Source of the DNA: Calditrichota bacterium
Lineage (GTDB): Bacteria > Calditrichota > Calditrichia > RBG-13-44-9 > J042
Assembly: GCA_013150955.1 (NCBI GenBank)
Contig: JAADJD010000005.1
Span: 31,096 to 95,095 of the forward strand
DNA: 64,000 nt
Direction: 5' to 3'
Notes under the pieces: generated by a model
Databases searched by the model: none
Told to the model about the DNA's origin: nothing
The model's input: the letters and a program-made list of their open reading frames with translations, nothing else
Made by a program: the position numbers and the translations under genes
Shown: in pieces, positions 31,706 to 41,514 of the stretch
Numbering within the stretch: position 1 is the stretch's first letter
Layout of the letters: each line of letters starts with the position of its first letter

Positions 31706-32815
31706 ATGAAAGGGGCGTTTGTGGACAGGAAAAAACCATTGCGTTTAATCGATGCCGGAACCATTCCGTATCTGGAATCTCAGACTATTTATCACGCCGT
31801 GGCCCATGCCATGACCCCGGAAACGCCGGACACTGCCATCCTGGTCAGTCCCCAAACTCCGTACGTTTGCGTGGGATTCCATCAGGAGGTAGATCGTGAA
31901 GTGGATCTGGAATATTGTCAGGCGCATCAGATTCCGGTTACCCGTCGTGAGGTAGGCGGTGGGGCGGTGCTTCTGGATGCCAATCAAATTTTTACTCAAT
32001 GGGTGTTTCAGCCCGATCATGTTCCCCTGAAAGTGGTGGATCGGTTTCGGTTGCATGCGGAACCCATCATGGCCACTTATCGGGATTTTGGGGTGGAAGC
32101 CAATTTCCGGCCCATTAATGACATTCACGTAAGCGGGAAAAAGATTGGGGGCATGGGGGCAGCAGCCATTGGCAATGCAGAGGTCGTGGTCAGCTCGCTG
32201 ATGCTGGATTTCGATACCCGGACCATGGCCCGGGTGTTGAAAGTACCCAACGAGAAGTTCCGGGATAAGGTCTTTCAGGGACTGGAAAACTACATGACCA
32301 CCCTGAAAAAAGAGCTGGGGCAGATGCCGGATCGGGACGAAGTGAAACAACACTACGTCCGGCATCTGGAAGAGGTTTTGCAGCGGCCGGTCGAGTGGGG
32401 TGAGTTGACTCCTGGCGAAAAGGAGGTCATGGCCCAGTTAAATGCCCGCTTTGCCACCCGGGAATGGTTGTACCAGAAAGGTGGGCTGGTTCGAGGCGCC
32501 GTGAAGATCCACAGCGGTGTATGGGTGGGGGAAACGGCTTACAAGGCACCCGGTGGCCTGATTCGCATCACGCTCCGCATCCGGGAAAATACCATCGATG
32601 ACCTGGCCATTTCCGGGGACTTCACGTTTTATCCGCAACATCAGCTGGCGGCCTTCGAGGCCTTTTTGAAGGGCCATTCTCTGGAACCCGCCACCCTGCG
32701 GCGTACCATCGAGGCATTCTACCAGGAAACGGGCGTGCAAACACCGGGCATCGAAGTTGACCACTGGCTGACGGTTTTTGGTCAGCTGGCGGATGCGGTG
32801 GCAAAACACAGTTGA
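31706..32815 (+). CDS. Lipoate-protein ligase (sLpl(AB)-like)
   Basis: RREVGGGAVLLD, PINDI..GKKIGG.GA, C-terminal YKAPGGLIR...ISGDF domain. Confidence 0.88.
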   Translation: MKGAFVDRKKPLRLIDAGTIPYLESQTIYHAVAHAMTPETPDTAILVSPQTPYVCVGFHQEVDREVDLEYCQAHQIPVTRREVGGGAVLLDANQIFTQWVFQPDHVPLKVVDRFRLHAEPIMATYRDFGVEANFRPINDIHVSGKKIGGMGAAAIGNAEVVVSSLMLDFDTRTMARVLKVPNEKFRDKVFQGLENYMTTLKKELGQMPDRDEVKQHYVRHLEEVLQRPVEWGELTPGEKEVMAQLNARFATREWLYQKGGLVRGAVKIHSGVWVGETAYKAPGGLIRITLRIRENTIDDLAISGDFTFYPQHQLAAFEAFLKGHSLEPATLRRTIEAFYQETGVQTPGIEVDHWLTVFGQLADAVAKHS

Positions 32816-33074
32816 GTCCGTGAATGCATGGGAGAACAAAATACTGGGACTCCGAGAACTCAGCGAGATGTACCTGCAGGAAGCCGGAAAGTGGGTGTTG
32901 CTGGAAATTCTGGAAACCGATGCGCGCGGTCAGGCCAGTCGGGTCCGGGTGGTGAAATTGAGTCCCCGTAAGGATGATTTGCTGGACTACATGATGGAAC
33001 ACGACGAAGACTGGGATTGGCACAAACAATTCGTTATCGTCCACGCCGATCCCAAACTCTGTACGTTGCTGTAA
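32778..33074 (+). CDS. Hypothetical small protein in the sHdr operon (start uncertain, probably ~32820)
   Basis: Co-oriented ORF filling the gap between the ligase and dsrE genes; protein-like C-terminal half. Confidence 0.55.
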   Translation: MVSWRMRWQNTVESVNAWENKILGLRELSEMYLQEAGKWVLLEILETDARGQASRVRVVKLSPRKDDLLDYMMEHDEDWDWHKQFVIVHADPKLCTLL

Positions 33075-33153
33075 AACAAAGCACCAGGGCAATCGGCCAA
33101 TTCATTAGATGGCAGATGAGGACAATCGATTGGAATTAAAATAAGCGAGGGAA

Positions 33154-33540
33154 ATGGATATGGAAGATCTGGAAGGCAAAAAGATTCTGGTAATTCAAAC
33201 CCACGGAGTGGATACGCCCACGCGGACGTATTCGCCGGTGTATTATGCCATTGCCGCGGCAGCCATGGAGATGGATGTGATGATCTGGTTTACCATGAAC
33301 GGTACCAATCAGTTGCGGAAAGGCGAGGCGGAAAAAATCGAATTGAAACCCGGCAGCGGGGTAACCCTGAAGACCTTGCTGGATCAGGCCCTGGACGCCG
33401 GGGTGAAATTATCCGTGTGCCAGCAAAGCATGGATCTGTGGGACATGAAGCCCGAAGACCTGATCGATGGGGTAAAGATCCTGGGAGCCACCAGCATCAT
33501 CGATCTGGCCCTGGAGGCCGATCACGTGATGTATTTCTAA
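33154..33540 (+). CDS. DsrE family sulfurtransferase (DsrE3-like)
   Basis: AIAAAAMEMDVMIWFTMNG, GVKLSVCQQS, GATS. Confidence 0.85.
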   Translation: MDMEDLEGKKILVIQTHGVDTPTRTYSPVYYAIAAAAMEMDVMIWFTMNGTNQLRKGEAEKIELKPGSGVTLKTLLDQALDAGVKLSVCQQSMDLWDMKPEDLIDGVKILGATSIIDLALEADHVMYF

Positions 33541-33685
33541 ATCAAAAAATTGGCACATTTGAGATTCAAATGAAGATGGGAAAACCGGGGAAATTAGAAA
33601 AGATTTCTTTGAGCTGGCCGGGAAGCCATAGCCGGGAATGTAAGCGATTGAGCACAATTTGAAAATTAAGTGAAGGAGTGCTGCT

Positions 33686-34144
33686 ATGTCAGACGTTGGG
33701 GAAGTTCGTGGATGCAGGATACCGAAGGACCTGTACTATTCGGTGGACGACCATACCTGGGTTCGCCTGAATGAGGATGGCACCGTCACCGTGGGTATGA
33801 CCGATGTGGCCCAGAATCTGGCCGGGCCGGTGCTGCATGCCAAGGTGAAGAAGGTGGGGTTGACCCGTGCCCGGGGAAAACCCATCGGCACCGTGGAAAG
33901 TGCCAAGTGGGTGGGGCCTATCAAAACACCGGTATCTGGAGAAATTGTGGAGGTGAACGAGAAATTGGCGGAAGACCCTCAATTGCTGAATCGCGATCCC
34001 TATGGTGAAGGCTGGGTGGTCAAAATGAAACCCACCAACTGGGACGAGGAGGTGAAGGACCTGGTCACCGGAGAAGAAGCGGTGGAAAAGTATCGGGAAA
34101 AGGTTGAACGGGAAGATATTAAAGCGTGTGACCATATCGAATAG
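33686..34144 (+). CDS. lbpA: Lipoate-binding protein LbpA (GcvH-like)
   Basis: ESAKWVGP lipoyl-Lys motif, NRDPYGEGW, N- and C-terminal Cys (GCRIP, KACD), sHdr context. Confidence 0.85.
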   Translation: MSDVGEVRGCRIPKDLYYSVDDHTWVRLNEDGTVTVGMTDVAQNLAGPVLHAKVKKVGLTRARGKPIGTVESAKWVGPIKTPVSGEIVEVNEKLAEDPQLLNRDPYGEGWVVKMKPTNWDEEVKDLVTGEEAVEKYREKVEREDIKACDHIE

Positions 34145-34312
34145 CGACGGTGAATGTTGCTGGATGCGGGTTGTGTGTACAACGTGACGGGGACGGGCAG
34201 AAAAAGGGTTGAGGACATGACATGCGTCAGGGCAAAGGGAATCCGCACCTGTTGACAGGGCAGGATTCTTTGCCCAAATCCATTGCAACGATGTAGCGTA
34301 AGGAGAGGGCTC

Positions 34313-35041
34313 ATGAATTTTGACATCAATTCAACGCCACTGGATTTAACCGGGGAAAAATACAGGGATGTTCCTTACGAGGAAAAGGAACGCTTGTTTA
34401 ACGAGATCAAAGCCGATGTCCGTTTTCACGATGTGCTGTATGGGTGTTATGAATGCGGGGTGTGTGTGGCGGCCTGTCCATCCGCCCGGTTCTACGACTT
34501 CAGTCCACGGGTCATTGCCCAGGCTGTGGCGCGGGAGGATGTGGAGCTGGTCTACACCCTGATGAACGATAGCATCTGGGACTGTTCGCAATGCTTTTCC
34601 TGCGATCGCTGTCCGCGGGGGAATTCGCCTGGTGGACTGATTACCCTGATGCGCGAGGTGGCGGTCAAAAACGGTCTGGAAACCGCCAAGGAAGCGCTGG
34701 AAGGCTACGGTCGCATTATTTACAAGATTATGTCCACGGGAACTCAGGTATCGCCCGATATGCTCCAGCCCAATGCCTTTCCGGACTGGGGACACCATGT
34801 GAATGAAATTGCGGAAAATCTGGATCTCTGGCGTCGTGCCCTGCCACCGGAAACCCTGCACACCGTGGAAACCGGCTGGAGTGTGAGCGAAAAAACCATC
34901 ATCGAACTTTACCTGATCTGGCACATGACCGGCGTAATGGACATGATCAAAGAAATCGATGAAGGCCTGTTCATGATTTTACAGGACGTAATGGAAGAAC
35001 GCCTGGAGGATGCCGGTTACGATGTTTTGTTCGATGAATAA
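34313..35041 (+). CDS. shdrC1: sHdr subunit C1 (2x[4Fe-4S])
   Basis: CYECGVCVAACP and CSQCFSCDRCP; FPDWG. Confidence 0.88.
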   Translation: MNFDINSTPLDLTGEKYRDVPYEEKERLFNEIKADVRFHDVLYGCYECGVCVAACPSARFYDFSPRVIAQAVAREDVELVYTLMNDSIWDCSQCFSCDRCPRGNSPGGLITLMREVAVKNGLETAKEALEGYGRIIYKIMSTGTQVSPDMLQPNAFPDWGHHVNEIAENLDLWRRALPPETLHTVETGWSVSEKTIIELYLIWHMTGVMDMIKEIDEGLFMILQDVMEERLEDAGYDVLFDE

Positions 35042-35089
35042 AGGCGGTTGGACGCCAATCCACAGTCGAACTAAGTAAGGAGAACCATT

Positions 35090-36295
35090 ATGGGACAGCA
35101 AGTTATCCCGGTGGAAGAACTGATTAAATCCAAGAAAAAACCCGGTTTTAAATACACCCCCGAGGAAGCCCCCACGGAGGATTATCGAGACATCCTGTTT
35201 CAGCTGGAAAAAGAAGGCGAGCTGGAGGTCATTCGGGTTCCCGAGCCGTACGTGGAGGTAACCACCAAGTATGGTCGCAAAAAGAAAATTCCCCTGGAGC
35301 ATACCTGGCATCATAAGAGTTGCGGTCAGTGTGGGCACATTCCGGGATATTCCACATCGATTTTCTGGTTGAACCGCCAGTTTGGATTCGACTATGTGGA
35401 TCCCAGCGACCAGACCTCCTGTACAGCCTGGAACTACTACGCTTCGGCGACATCGAATGCGGAAGCCCAGGCGGCCGTGGCGGTTCGCAATTTTGCTGCA
35501 GCAGCGGAAACCGGCCGCTTCCCTCTGATCCACTGTGGTACCAGCTTCGGGCACTATAAAGAAGTGCGCCACGAACTGCTTCACCATCATGATCTGCGCC
35601 GCAAGGTGCGTGAGATTATGGAACGTCTGGGCAAAAAACTGGTCTTCCCGGAAGAAATTGTACATTACAGTGAGTGGGTTTATGCCATTCGCGATAAAAT
35701 TGCCGAGCGCCAGGTGATCGACATGAAACACATCGTGGCCTCGGTTCATCCCGCCTGTCATTATCACAAACTGGTGGAAGAGGATGCCATTTACGATCCC
35801 GAAATTTACGGGGCTCAGCGAACGGCCGTCGTGACCGGCACGCTAAAAGCCCTGGGAATCCAGATCGGGGAATATTCCAGCTGGTACGATTGCTGCGGAT
35901 TCGGATTCCGCCATATTCTGGTGTCGCGGGACTTTTCTCGTTCCTTTGCAGTGCAGCGGAAAATCGAAGTCATGAAGGAAGAAGCCAACCCCGATGTTGT
36001 CGTTACCCACGACACGGGATGCGTCACCACCCTGGATCAAAGCCAGTTTGCCGGAAAGGCACATGGCAAGAAGGTGGGCATCCCGGTCATGTCCGATTCC
36101 CAGATTGCTGCGCTGGCCATGGGGGCGCATCCCTACAAAGTGTTGCAGCTACACTGGCACAACACCGAAAACCGGCCGTTCCTGGAAAAACTGGGCATTG
36201 ACCCCGATGAAAAGTGGCGGGAATTCGAGGAAGCCCTGGAAAAATTGAAACGTGGTGAAAAACAATACTTAACCTGGGAGGATGCAGATGCCTAA
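35090..36295 (+). CDS. shdrB1: sHdr subunit B1 (CCG domains)
   Basis: WHHKSCGQCGHIPGY, TSCTAWNY, HPACH, DCCGFGFRH, HDTGC. Confidence 0.9.
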   Translation: MGQQVIPVEELIKSKKKPGFKYTPEEAPTEDYRDILFQLEKEGELEVIRVPEPYVEVTTKYGRKKKIPLEHTWHHKSCGQCGHIPGYSTSIFWLNRQFGFDYVDPSDQTSCTAWNYYASATSNAEAQAAVAVRNFAAAAETGRFPLIHCGTSFGHYKEVRHELLHHHDLRRKVREIMERLGKKLVFPEEIVHYSEWVYAIRDKIAERQVIDMKHIVASVHPACHYHKLVEEDAIYDPEIYGAQRTAVVTGTLKALGIQIGEYSSWYDCCGFGFRHILVSRDFSRSFAVQRKIEVMKEEANPDVVVTHDTGCVTTLDQSQFAGKAHGKKVGIPVMSDSQIAALAMGAHPYKVLQLHWHNTENRPFLEKLGIDPDEKWREFEEALEKLKRGEKQYLTWEDADA

Positions 36296-37352
36296 TCAAG
36301 ACATTCTCGTGATTGGAGGAGGCCCCGCAGGTCTGGAGGCCGCTCGTTCGATTGGAGACCTGGGATACAAAGCCATTTTAATCGAAAAACGGGATCGTCT
36401 GGGAGGTACACCGGACGAAGCCAGTTATGCCGCCTTAACCCCGGACCTTCGCAGTGCTGAGGAAGCCATGAACGCCATGATCCAGGCGGTGGAGAATAAT
36501 CCCAATGTAGACGTTCGACTGGGTACAACGGTGGTGGCTGCGGAGGGCAGTGTGGGAGACTTTAAAGTGACCATTCAAAATGGAAAGGGAAAAGAAACCC
36601 TGAACGTGGGAGCGGTGATCATTGCCACCGGCTTTCAACATTTCGATCCCGGTCGGGAAACCCAAAAATACGGGTACTATGAATATGAAGACGTCATTAC
36701 GCTGGTGGATTGCGAAAAGATGCTTAAAGCCCACCGTTTTGTGCGCCCTTCTGATGGGAAAAAGCCGGAGCGAGTATGCTTCATTCAGTGCGTGGGTTCC
36801 CGCGATCGCCGCATCGGGAATGAGTACTGTTCAAAAGTGTGTTGTGGAATCGCTTCCAAGGAGGCCATTGAAATTCGCCAGCTGGTGCCCGATTGCAAGG
36901 TGTTCATTTTTTACATCGACATGCGTATGTACGCATACTGGGAACCCGATCTGTACTGGAAGGCGCAGGAAGAACACAAGGTGAACTACGTTAAAGGCAT
37001 TGCCACGGAAATCGTCAAAAAAGGGGACAAATTGCTGGTGAAGGGAGAAGACACAACCCTGCGGCGTCCGTTTGAGATTCCCATGGACATTGTGATTCTC
37101 TCTGTGGGAATGGAGCCCAGTCAGGGAACCCGCGAAATGGCAAAGATCTTCGGGCTGAAGCAGAATAAATATCAGTTCATCGAGGCAGTCGGTGCCCCCA
37201 TGGACACGGTGAGCACGTCGGTGCCCGGTGTGTTTGCAGCTGGTGCCTGTACGGGGCCTGCGGATTTAGAGGATTCCATCTCCGCTGCCGGTCTGGCGGC
37301 CATGCGCGCCATTAAGGCCGTGCGGGAAAACGGTACCAAAAAAGCCAGCTAA
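36288..37352 (+). CDS. shdrA: sHdr flavoprotein subunit A
   Basis: GGGPAG FAD motif; IQCVGSRD...YCSKVCC; short HdrA. Confidence 0.9.
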   Translation: MPNQDILVIGGGPAGLEAARSIGDLGYKAILIEKRDRLGGTPDEASYAALTPDLRSAEEAMNAMIQAVENNPNVDVRLGTTVVAAEGSVGDFKVTIQNGKGKETLNVGAVIIATGFQHFDPGRETQKYGYYEYEDVITLVDCEKMLKAHRFVRPSDGKKPERVCFIQCVGSRDRRIGNEYCSKVCCGIASKEAIEIRQLVPDCKVFIFYIDMRMYAYWEPDLYWKAQEEHKVNYVKGIATEIVKKGDKLLVKGEDTTLRRPFEIPMDIVILSVGMEPSQGTREMAKIFGLKQNKYQFIEAVGAPMDTVSTSVPGVFAAGACTGPADLEDSISAAGLAAMRAIKAVRENGTKKAS

Positions 37353-37363
37353 AAGGAAAGCCA

Positions 37364-38110
37364 ATGGCGCTGTTCATCGACAAACAATCTACCAAGGAAT
37401 TTATGCTGGAGACGCTTTCCCGGATTACCCTGGAAGAACTGGAGCAAATCCAGGCAGACCTGCATTTGAAGAGTCAATGCGTGCAGGAAATGGTTCGGCA
37501 GGCATCGGGAGGGCGTTTTTCCGATGGCACCTTGCGGCAGCTGTTGCGGTGCGTATTTGCAACCCGGCGGCGCGCCAATAAAATTGCGGACCGGTACCCG
37601 GCGGACTATTTTGCCAGACACATCCAGAGCTTGCTGGATCCAGGCAAACCGGTGGAATGGCGTTTTCAGGAATTCTTTCACGCCTTCCCGGACATTGAGG
37701 CCAGCCAGCGCTATGATCTGGCCAGCGAGATCCTCTTTTTTTCCCATCCCGATCAATACTGGATGTGGACCCGCTGGATGTGGGATCCCCGCACCCGAAC
37801 CGGTTCGCTGCCCCTGGTGCTAATGGAACAGGTTTCCCTGGAAGGCAACTCCGAGGGAGAAATTTACCGGAAGGTGGGAGAAGCCGTCCGTCACCTTCAG
37901 GAAATCGGGCGGACGCGCGAAATCCCTTCCTTTCTGCAAACCGCGTATGGGGTGTACACCTATCTGGCCTGTGTTTATGTGATTTACAGTTACACCGTGC
38001 TGCGAATGCGCATGACACAGGAGTTCAACAAGGTGATGCCGAAATTACCCGAATTTATTCGAAGGCTGCTTGGCATTTATAGATTGGAGGAATTGAAACA
38101 TGCCAGTTGA
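37364..38110 (+). CDS. shdrH: sHdr-associated protein H (conserved hypothetical)
   Basis: Position after shdrA; WMWTRWMWDP.T.TGSL and RMRMTQEFNKVMP motifs. Confidence 0.75.
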   Translation: MALFIDKQSTKEFMLETLSRITLEELEQIQADLHLKSQCVQEMVRQASGGRFSDGTLRQLLRCVFATRRRANKIADRYPADYFARHIQSLLDPGKPVEWRFQEFFHAFPDIEASQRYDLASEILFFSHPDQYWMWTRWMWDPRTRTGSLPLVLMEQVSLEGNSEGEIYRKVGEAVRHLQEIGRTREIPSFLQTAYGVYTYLACVYVIYSYTVLRMRMTQEFNKVMPKLPEFIRRLLGIYRLEELKHAS

Positions 38111-39362
38111 TCCCAAACAAATTCGCGCCAAAGACAAAGTGGTTGTCGATGGCATTGAGCTGACCAGCGAATGGAACCGCATGTTCGATCAGCGTCCGGT
38201 TTTTGATTATGACGTGGATGTTCTGGATAAAATCGCCAGCATTCCCGGAGCCGAGTCCATTGCCTGGTGTTATCAGTGTGCCCAGTGTGTGCCTGTGTGT
38301 CCGGTAAATGAGGTCGGGGATTACGGCCCGCGGAAGATTTACCGGCGATTGCAATTTGGAATCGATCTGCTTACGGATGATGAATTGTGGAAGTGCACCA
38401 CCTGCATGAATTGTTTGCGGGTATGCCCGAAGGATGTGAATATGATTGACATCATGCCGGCCGTCCGCGAAGAGGCCGTGATGGAAGGCCACGTGCCGGC
38501 CGAACTGCAAGAAGTGTTCGAAAACACGTTTGAATATGGCAATCCCCTGGGTGAATCGCCCCGCAAGCGGGCGGATTGGGTGAAGGACGCCGGCGTGCCG
38601 GTGCCAATCATGAAGGAGAAAAAAGAGGCGGATATTTTGTGGTTCGTGGAGTGTTACCCATCCTATCATCCCCGTGGGAAAGAAACCAGTGTAGCACTGG
38701 CCAAAGTATTGAATGCGCTGGGAGTCGATTTTGCCATTCTGGGGGTTGAGGAAAAGTGCAGCTGCGACTCGCAGCGACTGGCAGGCGAGCGGGGATTGTT
38801 CGAAGAATTTGCCGAAGAAAACATCAAAACTTTCAGCAAATACAAATTTAACAGGATTCTGGTGACCGATCCGCATGCGCTAAATGCCTTTAAAACGGAA
38901 TACCCCAAACTGGGCGGAGAATACGATGTGGTGCATTACACCACCTTTCTGGCACCAATGATGGATCGGCTGGAATTGAAGAACCGGTTGAATTATAAAG
39001 TGACCTTTCATGATCCCTGCTACCTGGGACGCCATCACGGGGAATTTGATGCACCGCGGCAGATCATTAATAGCCTGCCGGGAGTGGAGCTGGTGGAGAT
39101 GTGGCGTTGCCGGCAGAATAGCTTCTGCTGCGGAGGCGGGGGCGGTGGCATGTGGCTGGATGGCTTCATGGCCGATCACGTCAAGGAACGGCTTTCGGAA
39201 AATCGGGTTCGCGAAGCTGTGGAGACCGGTGCCGAGGTGCTGGTGGTGTGCTGTCCCTACGAAATTTCCCGGTTCGAAGATGCGGTCAAATCTACCGGCA
39301 ATGAGGGCAAACTGATCGTCAAGGATATCATTGAACTGGTGGTGGAGGCGATGGGCGTGTAG
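38100..39362 (+). CDS. shdrB3: Fe-S/CCG oxidoreductase, sHdrB3-like
   Basis: CYQCAQCVPVCP, CTTCMNCLRVCP, HDPCYLGR, CCGGGGG; position between shdrH and etfB. Confidence 0.75.
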   Translation: MPVDPKQIRAKDKVVVDGIELTSEWNRMFDQRPVFDYDVDVLDKIASIPGAESIAWCYQCAQCVPVCPVNEVGDYGPRKIYRRLQFGIDLLTDDELWKCTTCMNCLRVCPKDVNMIDIMPAVREEAVMEGHVPAELQEVFENTFEYGNPLGESPRKRADWVKDAGVPVPIMKEKKEADILWFVECYPSYHPRGKETSVALAKVLNALGVDFAILGVEEKCSCDSQRLAGERGLFEEFAEENIKTFSKYKFNRILVTDPHALNAFKTEYPKLGGEYDVVHYTTFLAPMMDRLELKNRLNYKVTFHDPCYLGRHHGEFDAPRQIINSLPGVELVEMWRCRQNSFCCGGGGGGMWLDGFMADHVKERLSENRVREAVETGAEVLVVCCPYEISRFEDAVKSTGNEGKLIVKDIIELVVEAMGV

Positions 39363-39553
39363 CCGCCGGGGGTATCCGGAACCCGTGGTGAAGGACAACG
39401 AAGAAAGATCTCACGGTGCCGGAAACACGGGGGCAGGAAGACGGGGATCCCGCGGTTTCTGGCGATACGACGGGCGATTGGGTTGATCGGTAAGAAGATG
39501 AAAAATTAAAAATAAATCACAGCGTGAACGTTTAAGCGGCAAGGAGGTGTGGT

Positions 39554-40318
39554 ATGAACATCATTGTGCCACTTCGGCAGGTACCGGATCTGGTAGAAGA
39601 CCTGGAGATCGATGCTTCCGGGAAGGATCTGGATCGTGAATGGTTAAAATACAAAATCAATGAATTCGATGACCATGCGCTGGAAGAAGCATTGCTTTTG
39701 AAGGAAGACGTGGGCGGAACGGTTACCGCAATGGCTCTGGATGGGGATGATGTGGACAAGCTGTTATTTACGGCGGCTGCTAAAGGGGCGGATAAACTGA
39801 TTAAGGTGACCGGCGATTTTCCCCAACCGCTTTCCAGCCATGCCATTGCCAGAGCCCTGGCCAGTGCCATTCAGGGAATGGATTATCAGCTCATCCTCAT
39901 CGGCGTGCAGGCCGTGGATGAGCTGGACGGCCAGGTGGGGGTGTTGCTGGCCCATTATCTGGGTGTTCCCCACGTATCGGTGGTGACCGGGGTTCAGGTA
40001 ACCAATGGAAAGGCGGTGGTGCATAAGGAATATGCCGGTGGTGTGATGGGCGAGTTTGAGGTCACCTTACCGGCGGTGCTGGGGATTCAGGCGGCACGCC
40101 AGACCCCGCGATATGCACCGGTCAGCCGGGTGCGCATGGCCATGCGGAAATCGACCATTGAGGAGGTGAGCGCCAGCGATACCGCAGCGGGTGGGACGCC
40201 GGAAATTCGGAAACTATTCAAACCCGAAAAAGGTGCCGGCGCGCAGATGCTGGACGGTTCACCCGAAGAAGTGGCCGAAAAAATTGTGAGCATATTAAAA
40301 GAGAAGGGGATTGTGTAA
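39554..40318 (+). CDS. etfB: Electron transfer flavoprotein beta subunit
   Basis: RQVPD, NEFDDHALEEAL, G.QAVD..DGQVG, PRY. Confidence 0.93.
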   Translation: MNIIVPLRQVPDLVEDLEIDASGKDLDREWLKYKINEFDDHALEEALLLKEDVGGTVTAMALDGDDVDKLLFTAAAKGADKLIKVTGDFPQPLSSHAIARALASAIQGMDYQLILIGVQAVDELDGQVGVLLAHYLGVPHVSVVTGVQVTNGKAVVHKEYAGGVMGEFEVTLPAVLGIQAARQTPRYAPVSRVRMAMRKSTIEEVSASDTAAGGTPEIRKLFKPEKGAGAQMLDGSPEEVAEKIVSILKEKGIV

Positions 40319-41280
40319 TGAGCGACGTTCTGGTTTTTGCCGAACATTTACAGGGAAATTTTACGGATTCCACGTTTGAGTTGTTGGGAAAAGGCCGGGA
40401 ACTGGCCGCTGCCACCGGTGACCATCTGGTCGCCGCGCTGTTGGGTAACGGGGTCGATGACATGGTTCATCAGCTGGGTGCGGCTGATAAGGTGGTGGCA
40501 GTGGAGCACGATCAACTGGCGGAATTCAATCCCGAAGCCCATACCCTGGCTCTGAAAGCCGTGGTGCAGGCCGTAAATCCCGCCATCATTTTAATCCCTT
40601 ATACCTCCATGGGAATGGATCTGGCCTCTGCCCTGTCTGCCGATCTGGACATCCCGCTGGCATCTTATGTTGCGGATGTTCGGGTGGAGGATGGAAAACT
40701 GGTTACCGTGAGCCAGATGTATGGCGGTAAAGTGAATGTGGAATCGGAAATTGCGGGAAATCAGAAGATCGTGTCCGTACTGGCAGGCGCTTTCCCCGCC
40801 GATGCCGGTAAAAAAGAGGGCAGTCCGGCCGTGGAAAAACTGGATCCCCCTGCCGAGCTGAGCAATTTGCGGGTATCGTTTAAACAGCTGATTGAACCGG
40901 AGGGCGGGGATGTGGACATCACCCAGCAGGACGTGCTGGTGAGCATTGGACGTGGGATTCAGAGCGAGGAAAACATTCCCATGGTCGAGGAACTGGCACA
41001 AAAGCTGGGTGGTGCCGTGTCAGCCTCTCGTCCCATTATTGACAATAAATGGCTACCCAAGAGTCGCCAGGTGGGCAAATCCGGCCTGAAGGTGAAACCC
41101 AAATTATACCTGGCCCTGGGAATTTCGGGAGCACCGGAGCATATCGAAGGAATGAAGGATGCAGAGTTGATCATCGCCATCAATTCCGATCCCAACGCCC
41201 CCATTTTTGAATACGCCCATTACGGGGTGGTGGGCGACCTGTTCGATATTGTGCCGGTGCTGAAGGAGAAACTGGGGTAG
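40318..41280 (+). CDS. etfA: Electron transfer flavoprotein alpha subunit
   Basis: SIGRGI, ASRP, QVGKSG, GISGAPEH, AINSD..APIF. Confidence 0.93.
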   Translation: MSDVLVFAEHLQGNFTDSTFELLGKGRELAAATGDHLVAALLGNGVDDMVHQLGAADKVVAVEHDQLAEFNPEAHTLALKAVVQAVNPAIILIPYTSMGMDLASALSADLDIPLASYVADVRVEDGKLVTVSQMYGGKVNVESEIAGNQKIVSVLAGAFPADAGKKEGSPAVEKLDPPAELSNLRVSFKQLIEPEGGDVDITQQDVLVSIGRGIQSEENIPMVEELAQKLGGAVSASRPIIDNKWLPKSRQVGKSGLKVKPKLYLALGISGAPEHIEGMKDAELIIAINSDPNAPIFEYAHYGVVGDLFDIVPVLKEKLG

Positions 41281-41514
41281 GCAAAAACCATCCTCCCCAC
41301 CATCGCAACCCGAATCCGGGGTGTCCGTCCATGGTGTCGGGATGGCGGGTTACCATCCGGTATCCCGACCTTTCCCGGCAGAACAGGAGGGGAACCCATT
41401 CGGGGCAACAGGCTGGCAAGAAACGTTGTCCTGCCAGCAGGGAAATCATAAGCCATGCTGAGGAATGGTCATCCACAATACCATTGACGGGTCATTTAAA
41501 TTGGAGGAGCGCCC

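Noticed and set aside
33686..34144. Glycine cleavage H protein (gcvH)
   Set aside because: No gcvT or gcvP nearby; the ESAKW motif, terminal cysteines and context fit LbpA
34313..39362. Methanogen-type or Flx/Mvh-coupled HdrABC
   Set aside because: HdrA is short, there are no mvhD or flx genes, and the order with shdrH, lbpA, tusA and dsrE fits sHdr
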